From a virus (taxonomy: Duplodnaviria; Caudoviricetes), in IMG/VR virus record IMGVR_UViG_3300027769_000063, positions 1 to 38,735 of that record: a stretch of 38,735 nt of DNA; one strand, 5' to 3'. Shown piece after piece: positions 33,989 through 38,735 of the stretch. Position numbers and translations under genes: made by a program. Position 1 is the first letter of the stretch; each line of letters begins with the position of its first letter. Under the pieces are notes generated by a model, which was not told where the DNA came from, ran no database searches, and saw only the letters and a program-made list of their open reading frames with translations.

Positions 33989-34154
33989 AATTACTCGCTT
34001 CATAGAATTTAGTTACATTGAAATTAGGATTTTCGTTTGCACACAATTCCGCAAAATCTAAAACCATTTTAGAAAATACAGCAGGGTGCGTTTTGTTTGA
34101 GTTATAGTTTAGAATTTCAGCAATTGCCTCAAAGTGTTTGCGTGTCATTGTCAT
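33960..34154 (-). CDS. Small phage protein, paralog of 35082-35252
   Basis: MTRKHFEAIAEIL…ENPNFN..KF. Confidence 0.72.
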   Translation of the reverse strand: MTMTRKHFEAIAEILNYNSNKTHPAVFSKMVLDFAELCANENPNFNVTKFYEASNYVIPKLSTR

Positions 34155-34360
34155 TTTACAGTTACGACCTTTCTTTCTTCACGATAAAAGTGGCGAGTAA
34201 AACATTTCATTTCTGAATTGTATAAATTTACAGTTGAGTATTCGTTAGCAAATCCCCAATCAACAAATGCAAAGAAATCTTTCCACGCATCAAATTCGCT
34301 TGCATAGTCTTGTTGCCAGTGTGGTGCATTTCCGTCATAAGATAAAGTTATTTTATACAT
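34151..34360 (-). CDS. Hypothetical protein
   Basis: GGAG SD; overlap-coupled. Confidence 0.72.
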   Translation of the reverse strand: MYKITLSYDGNAPHWQQDYASEFDAWKDFFAFVDWGFANEYSTVNLYNSEMKCFTRHFYREERKVVTVK

Positions 34361-34496
34361 TGTCGCTCTCCCAATCTAGTGTGACACATTCGCATTTTGT
34401 TATTTCGATTGTATTTCCTTTTTGCCATACAGTTGCGAGAGTATCGCAATTATCGCAAAGGAAAATCCCGTCAAGGCTATTTTTAACCATTCCCAT
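34353..34496 (-). CDS. 47-aa Cys peptide
   Basis: CDNC…CEC. Confidence 0.6.
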   Translation of the reverse strand: MGMVKNSLDGIFLCDNCDTLATVWQKGNTIEITKCECVTLDWESDNV

Positions 34497-34703
34497 TTAT
34501 TCACCAACCTTTACTGCGATTGTTGCGAATTTATTTCGCAGACCGCCAGTTCTGACCTCGATTAAAAATGCTTCGGTTTTTTCGCCATAGTAAATTTCAG
34601 GGCGAGCCTCAGCAGAAACGATTTCGCCTGAAAAGTGGCGAGAGTTTGAGCGATAGTTTTTTCCTACAAGTAGGCTTTCGATTGTGTAGAGTTTAGTTGC
34701 CAT
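34497..34703 (-). CDS. Hypothetical protein
   Basis: CAACAACGAAAGAAGG leader before MATKLY. Confidence 0.75.
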   Translation of the reverse strand: MATKLYTIESLLVGKNYRSNSRHFSGEIVSAEARPEIYYGEKTEAFLIEVRTGGLRNKFATIAVKVGE

Positions 34704-34824
34704 TAGTGGCACCTTCTTTCGTTGTTGTTGATACGGACATTGTAGCAGATAGCACTGACATGGCTTCCGCTTTTGAGGCTTGTCGTGTCGCTAACACATG
34801 AGCCTTGAATTCATCTAGATTCAT
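34693..34824 (-). CDS. 43-aa peptide that reads through the next promoter and leader
   Basis: CAACAACGAAAGG leader; MNLDEFKAHVLATRQASKAEAMSVLSATMSVSTTTKEGATNGN. Confidence 0.6.
   Translation of the reverse strand: MNLDEFKAHVLATRQASKAEAMSVLSATMSVSTTTKEGATNGN
34739..34760 (-). promoter_or_regulatory. TGTCAG-N10 promoter 12
   Basis: TGTCAG-tgctatctgc-TACAAT. Confidence 0.8.
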
Positions 34825-34855
34825 TTGGCTTCCTTTCGTTGTTGTTATAGTAGAC

Positions 34856-34877
34856 ATTATAGCGGATAGGACTGACA
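34856..34877 (-). promoter_or_regulatory. TGTCAG-N10 promoter 13
   Basis: TGTCAG-tcctatccgc-TATAAT. Confidence 0.8.
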
Positions 34878-34925
34878 AAGTGTTAATTTTGCAAGGGTTT
34901 GTCTCATTATTTGGAGCGTGGGTCT

Positions 34926-35069
34926 TGTGATAAGCGTCACATCTAAATGTCCGATTTGTCTGTCAAATCGACACGCCGTGCAAGTTCAGGGTTTCTGTAA
35001 CAATGTCGTAACGACACGCCCGACCCCGTGCCTTTGCGGGCCAGCTTGATTTTGTCAAGCCGACACGCC
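34926..35069. repeat. Perfect CRP site, three CGACACGCC boxes and spaced scaffold copy 9 with GTAAC-N6-GTAAC
   Basis: TGTGA-N6-TCACA at 34926-34941; CAGGG-N15-CGTAA-N13-CCC-N10-GGGC at 34987-35041; CGACACGCC at 34969, 35012 and 35061. Confidence 0.82.
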
Positions 35070-35081
35070 GTTTATTTATTT

Positions 35082-35252
35082 TTATTTATTGCAAGCGTCT
35101 ACAAATCTCTGTGCATCGAATAAAAGATTATCCTCTGCAAAGTATCCCGCAAAGTCCTCTACTAGATCATGATAGGTAAATTCATCACCGATTAAATCTT
35201 TATAAGATGAAAGAATTTCGGCGATACCGATATAGTGTTTCTTGCTTAGCAT
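35082..35252 (-). CDS. 56-aa protein, paralog of 33960-34154
   Basis: MLSKKHYIGIAEIL…EDNLLFDAQRFVDAC. Confidence 0.7.
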   Translation of the reverse strand: MLSKKHYIGIAEILSSYKDLIGDEFTYHDLVEDFAGYFAEDNLLFDAQRFVDACNK

Positions 35253-35363
35253 TTATTCTAATCCATTCTCTAGTAGGTCTTTTATTACAAGGCGTAGCAT
35301 AAGCAGGGCGGGGATACCGATACCTAGTTGCACTAGCGTAGTTAGTAGGCGATTAGTAGTCAT
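35253..35363 (-). CDS. 36-aa membrane peptide
   Basis: MTTNRLLTTLVQLGIGIPALLMLRLVIKDLLENGLE; TAATG coupling. Confidence 0.55.
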   Translation of the reverse strand: MTTNRLLTTLVQLGIGIPALLMLRLVIKDLLENGLE

Positions 35364-35515
35364 TACTTATTCTTCTTTCTCTTATAAATCTTATAAGCGG
35401 TTACTAGTAGGGCGGTGATAATAATAGTGTGCCAAGGTAGATAGATAGCCCCTAAGAAACTATCAAACTCTAATCCGTATTCGTTTAGTGATAATTCTAC
35501 TCCGTTAATCGTCAT
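35363..35515 (-). CDS. 50-aa membrane peptide
   Basis: GAGG SD; hydrophobic C-terminal half then KRKKNK. Confidence 0.6.
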   Translation of the reverse strand: MTINGVELSLNEYGLEFDSFLGAIYLPWHTIIITALLVTAYKIYKRKKNK

Positions 35516-35667
35516 TACTTTACCTCTACTTCTCTAATGTTATAAGTGAAACCCTTACCGAGTTTATTTAGTTCAGCGATTACCGCTAAGATTTCTTCGG
35601 GCTTACTAGCCTTTTGATTAACGGCTAGTAGTTGGCTACCTTGCCATAGTGTGTAGGTGATAGTCAT
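35515..35667 (-). CDS. 50-aa hypothetical protein
   Basis: GGAG SD; MTITYTLWQGSQLL…. Confidence 0.6.
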   Translation of the reverse strand: MTITYTLWQGSQLLAVNQKASKPEEILAVIAELNKLGKGFTYNIREVEVK

Positions 35668-35790
35668 TTATAGTGCTCCCTCTTGTAGTAGTCCAATTTC
35701 AATAGTTAGTAATTCATCTGGTGTTGCGTTATCTAGTGATACCCACCCTGCACCCTCGTTATCCATTCGGAATAATTCTATGTAACCCAT
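35668..35790 (-). CDS. 40-aa acidic peptide
   Basis: GAGG SD; MGYIELFRMDNEGAGWVSL…. Confidence 0.6.
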   Translation of the reverse strand: MGYIELFRMDNEGAGWVSLDNATPDELLTIEIGLLQEGAL

Positions 35791-35972
35791 TACGCTACCT
35801 CTGCCATTTCTGCTAGTAGTGCATCTACTTGCTCATCTGTTAATTCATCTTCTAATTCATCTTCGTCCTGCTCTACTTCTTCATCTAAGTATGCGTATGC
35901 GTCTGCTACATCTTCTTGGATAGTCTCCCACTTAGAGATAGAGTTAGTGCGTGTGTTGTATGCGTATGACAT
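35790..35972 (-). CDS. Very acidic 60-aa protein
   Basis: AACGAAAG leader; Asp/Glu-rich. Confidence 0.72.
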   Translation of the reverse strand: MSYAYNTRTNSISKWETIQEDVADAYAYLDEEVEQDEDELEDELTDEQVDALLAEMAEVA

Positions 35973-36010
35973 TTATTTATTCTTCTTTCGTTAGTAATTG
36001 TTAGGGGGTC

Positions 36011-36051
36011 TTATTCGCTAGGCTCACCTTACGGATTATTTGCTAGGCTCA
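36011..36051 (-). repeat. 16-bp direct repeat in a 5' leader
   Basis: TGAGCCTAGC(A/G)AATAA x2, 25-bp period. Confidence 0.8.
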
Positions 36052-36074
36052 TACCCTTATTTAGTTATGGTGTA

Positions 36075-36096
36075 ACCTTATCATGGGCTACTGACA
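36075..36096 (-). promoter_or_regulatory. TGTCAG-N10 promoter 14
   Basis: TGTCAG-tagcccatga-TAAGGT. Confidence 0.7.
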
Positions 36097-36130
36097 TTTA
36101 GCCCCATTTAGGGCTAGTGTCTAGTGTGAG

Positions 36131-36298
36131 TTACCTCACACCTAGCGTGTTATGCTCGGCGTAGTTACCGCCACACATTACGCAGAGTGTCCAAGCGGTT
36201 ACTCTGCCACAACCTGCTGAGCAGGATACATAGCCAAGACGCTTAGCGTCTAATTCTACTTGGTAGTCATTTAGACTTTCCCAAATTCTGTTAGTCAT
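36131..36298 (-). CDS. 55-aa Zn-finger peptide, first gene of the minus block
   Basis: GAAAGG SD; CSAGC…CVMC. Confidence 0.65.
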   Translation of the reverse strand: MTNRIWESLNDYQVELDAKRLGYVSCSAGCGRVTAWTLCVMCGGNYAEHNTLGVR

Positions 36299-36347
36299 TT
36301 TGACCTAACCTTTCTTAGTAAGACTTTCTTACTTTCTTTATACCTTA

Positions 36348-36369
36348 ATCATAGCAAGGGGCACTGACA
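36348..36369 (-). promoter_or_regulatory. TGTCAG-N10 promoter 15
   Basis: TGTCAG-tgccccttgc-TATGAT. Confidence 0.78.
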
Positions 36370-36549
36370 TTTATACCCCTATTCTCGGGCGTGTCGAAAT
36401 AAATCTTTGCAAACCTATGTGATTTGCACCACAAAGATCCCATGCACACGCTCATTATGGGCGGTCTATCCTAAATGTCCGTTTCTCTCAAATATGTGTA
36501 TCGTACAAATTAAAAATATATTAACATTTTCTGAAATTTGAAAACGGGG

Positions 36550-36577
36550 TTGACACCGAAAATACAAATGTTATACT
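36550..36577 (+). promoter_or_regulatory. SigA-type promoter at the divergent junction
   Basis: TTGACA-N16-TATACT with extended TG. Confidence 0.6.
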
Positions 36578-36702
36578 TTTCTAGGGGGGTCGGGGGGTCA
36601 GTAAATCAATAAATATTAAATATATTATATATAGTAAGACCTAAGACCTAAGATCAAGTGATACAACCAATGCTATAATTATATTCTAGCGACAGGAAAA
36701 TC

Positions 36703-37602
36703 ATGGAACATAGACTACTCACCAAAGATGTCATCCTTTTTAAGAATACACTAAAGGATCCAGCTGCGACCCAAGATTTCATTATACGCTCTAAAACCAA
36801 TAATGACCAGTGGTTTGGAAACTGGGAAGACTGGCGTCCATGGGGTCAATATTCAAAGGCCTACCCTTATGAAGACCCATCTTACGAAGTTTGCCAAAAT
36901 GAAGGCGGAGAATACCTAAGAGAGTTTCTAGACATCTTCTGGAATGTAATGAAGATATATAAAGAAAATTATTTAAACGAAGACTACTTTAATCTAATAG
37001 ACGAAGACCCTAATATTCCAACAACCATGGAAGAAGCCAGAAAGCATCCAACATACTGCACGGCTGATGTTGTAATTTTAGAATCAGAAAATACAGACAA
37101 ATCAAAACCATTGTCAATGGAATATCATCAAGACAGAAGGCCTTGGTTTGGCGGAACTCCACATATATTTAATTTTAATATCTATACAAATGATAATTAC
37201 GAAGGCGGAGATATATTAATTATCAATACAGAAGATGCAGAAAAATCAACTTATACAGACGAATCTGGTGTAGAGAGAGAATGTTTAATGATCGATCCTC
37301 CAGTTAGATACAAGATGGAAGCTGGAGATGGTCTGCTATTTAGAACAGATGTATTCCATGCGGTATTACCAGTTGTAGGAAATAAATTTTATGTTCGTCA
37401 ATTTTTAACAGCATCATTTAAGCAAGAATGGTTTGACAAAAAAGCATCAATGTCAGAAGAAGAATTTAATGAATTTTTAAAACAAGAAGAAAAAGAAGGA
37501 TTTGCTAAGTTCGGTTGGCAATGCAGAATTTATAATTCAAAAGAAGAAATTGGCAATGGTGGAAATGATAATCAAATAGTTTGTGTAGTCAAGAATGTTT
37601 GA
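36703..37602 (+). CDS. 2OG-Fe(II) oxygenase
   Basis: HQD, YTNDNYEGGD, EAGD.LLF, HAV and KF..R. Confidence 0.85.
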   Translation: MEHRLLTKDVILFKNTLKDPAATQDFIIRSKTNNDQWFGNWEDWRPWGQYSKAYPYEDPSYEVCQNEGGEYLREFLDIFWNVMKIYKENYLNEDYFNLIDEDPNIPTTMEEARKHPTYCTADVVILESENTDKSKPLSMEYHQDRRPWFGGTPHIFNFNIYTNDNYEGGDILIINTEDAEKSTYTDESGVERECLMIDPPVRYKMEAGDGLLFRTDVFHAVLPVVGNKFYVRQFLTASFKQEWFDKKASMSEEEFNEFLKQEEKEGFAKFGWQCRIYNSKEEIGNGGNDNQIVCVVKNV

Positions 37603-38491
37603 TGCTTTTGAATTGACTAAGGGAGTTCTTGTATTTAAGAATGTATTAAAAGATCCAAAAAGAACTTATAACATTATTAAAAAATCTCAAACAGAAAAAC
37701 ATGAGCTGTTTACGGATTGGATGGACTGGGGCATATCAGGTTCTAAAACAACTTTAGACACATGGGAAACTAGAAGCCTAGACAACGAACCTGGAGAGAT
37801 TATTAAAGAGCTTTCAAGCATATATACTCAATGTATTAATTATTACAAAGACAATTACCTTGACATGGAATATTTAAAGACTTTAGATATAGAGCCAAAC
37901 TATAATATACCAGCAACACACGAAGAAGTATCTGATTCACATGGCTGGGGACCTGCAGATATACTTATTGTAGACTATGCTGACAGCTATGGAGACGATG
38001 GCTTTATAAATGGATATCATATAGACAGAACTCCATTTTGGGGTTCTACTCCACATGCATTTACATTAAACGTATATCCATACGATGATTTTGAAGGTGG
38101 CGGATTAGCATTTATAGATATGGAAACGGCAGAACGAAAGATTACAGATAATGGCGTAGAGTATTATGAGATAGATAAACCAGTTGAGTATTTCCCAGAA
38201 GCTGGAGACGCTATGTTCTTTTCTTCATTGCATTATCATGGCGTATATGGAACTAAAAATGGCGAGAAGGTATTTATCAGAATGTATGTAGAGTCGCCTA
38301 TGCCTAATGCATATAAGAAAGAAATAGAATTTATGACTCAAGATCAAATTAATGCAAAAAGGGATATTGCCAGAAAAGAGTGTTTTGCAAGCAATTCACA
38401 TCAAGCTAACATTTATAATTCTGTAGAAGAAATATCAAATATACAAAAGCTAAATAAAAAATTCATAATTAGAAATAAAGCAGTTGACTAG
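37595..38491 (+). CDS. 2OG-Fe(II) oxygenase (tandem paralog)
   Basis: HID, YPYDDFEGG, PEAGD and HGV; shares DR.P(W/F)..G.TPH.F with the upstream gene. Confidence 0.85.
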   Translation: MFDAFELTKGVLVFKNVLKDPKRTYNIIKKSQTEKHELFTDWMDWGISGSKTTLDTWETRSLDNEPGEIIKELSSIYTQCINYYKDNYLDMEYLKTLDIEPNYNIPATHEEVSDSHGWGPADILIVDYADSYGDDGFINGYHIDRTPFWGSTPHAFTLNVYPYDDFEGGGLAFIDMETAERKITDNGVEYYEIDKPVEYFPEAGDAMFFSSLHYHGVYGTKNGEKVFIRMYVESPMPNAYKKEIEFMTQDQINAKRDIARKECFASNSHQANIYNSVEEISNIQKLNKKFIIRNKAVD

Positions 38492-38511
38492 GATTATGGT
38501 ATACTAATATT

Positions 38512-38625
38512 ATGAAATGTAATTTTTGCGAAAATCCAAAATACGTAGAGCGTATTAACTCAAAAGGCGTACTTGAAAATTTTTGCGTATCTTGCATTGA
38601 AAAATTAATTAAAGGCGGGAAATGA
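38512..38625 (+). CDS. 37-aa Zn-finger peptide, leaderless
   Basis: TGGTATACT-6nt-ATG; CNFC…CVSC. Confidence 0.55.
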   Translation: MKCNFCENPKYVERINSKGVLENFCVSCIEKLIKGGK

Positions 38626-38701
38626 AGACAATAATCTGGATCGGCATCGTAGCTATCCTAGTACATATATGCGGAATAATTCTGCAAGTTTATATGCGCT
38701 A

Positions 38702-38735
38702 GGGGATATAGCTTAATCTGGTTAAAGCATTTGTC
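38702..38735 (+). tRNA. 5' half of a tRNA, truncated before the anticodon
   Basis: GGGGATA-TA-GCTT-AATCTGGTTA-AAGC D-arm. Confidence 0.75.

Noticed and set aside
23849-35041. Scaffold repeats read as a CRISPR array or integron attC sites
   Set aside because: Copies are kilobases apart with short anchors only; there are no RYYYAAC/GTTRRRY ends or long inverted repeats, and no integrase in the window.
1-38735. Bacterial chromosome, prophage, or stop-codon-recoded genome
   Set aside because: There are no housekeeping operons, integrase or att site; ORFs are intact and densely packed under the standard code with all three stops used.

Overview
This AT-rich window looks like part of a large lytic phage genome, most likely infecting a low-GC (freshwater acI-like) actinobacterium. 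That host call is inference from whiB, an Lsr2-like mini-protein, ahpC-ahpD, many leaderless genes, phage-type tRNAs and the absence of housekeeping operons. Positions 1-23.5 kb and 36.7-38.7 kb are + strand auxiliary genes: carbamoyltransferase, SGNH-like proteins, SDR, CHAP amidase, SNase, JmjC and 2OG-Fe(II) oxygenases, Hsp20, a PA14 surface protein, WhiB, an Ntn protease, a subtilase, thioredoxin, AhpCD, a CDGSH protein, PnuC-like protein and tRNAs. Positions 24.0-36.4 kb form a - strand block of about 40 small early-type genes, and most of the novel signal is non-coding DNA in this block. (1) Fifteen promoters share the invariant design TGTCAG-N10-TAnnnT. (2) Nine copies of a fixed-spacing scaffold CAGG(G/C)-N15/16-CGTAA-N13-CCC(-N10-GGGC) have variable spacers and flanks loaded with host regulator sites (DnaA, CRP/GlxR, WhiA-like GACAC, ArgR, GlnR/MtrA, MraZ). 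(3) A shared CAACGAAAGG leader is matched by a candidate sRNA carrying its complement in a hairpin loop. (4) A covarying H-type RNA pseudoknot occurs three times just after stop codons. All calls were made by eye; no database searches were run.
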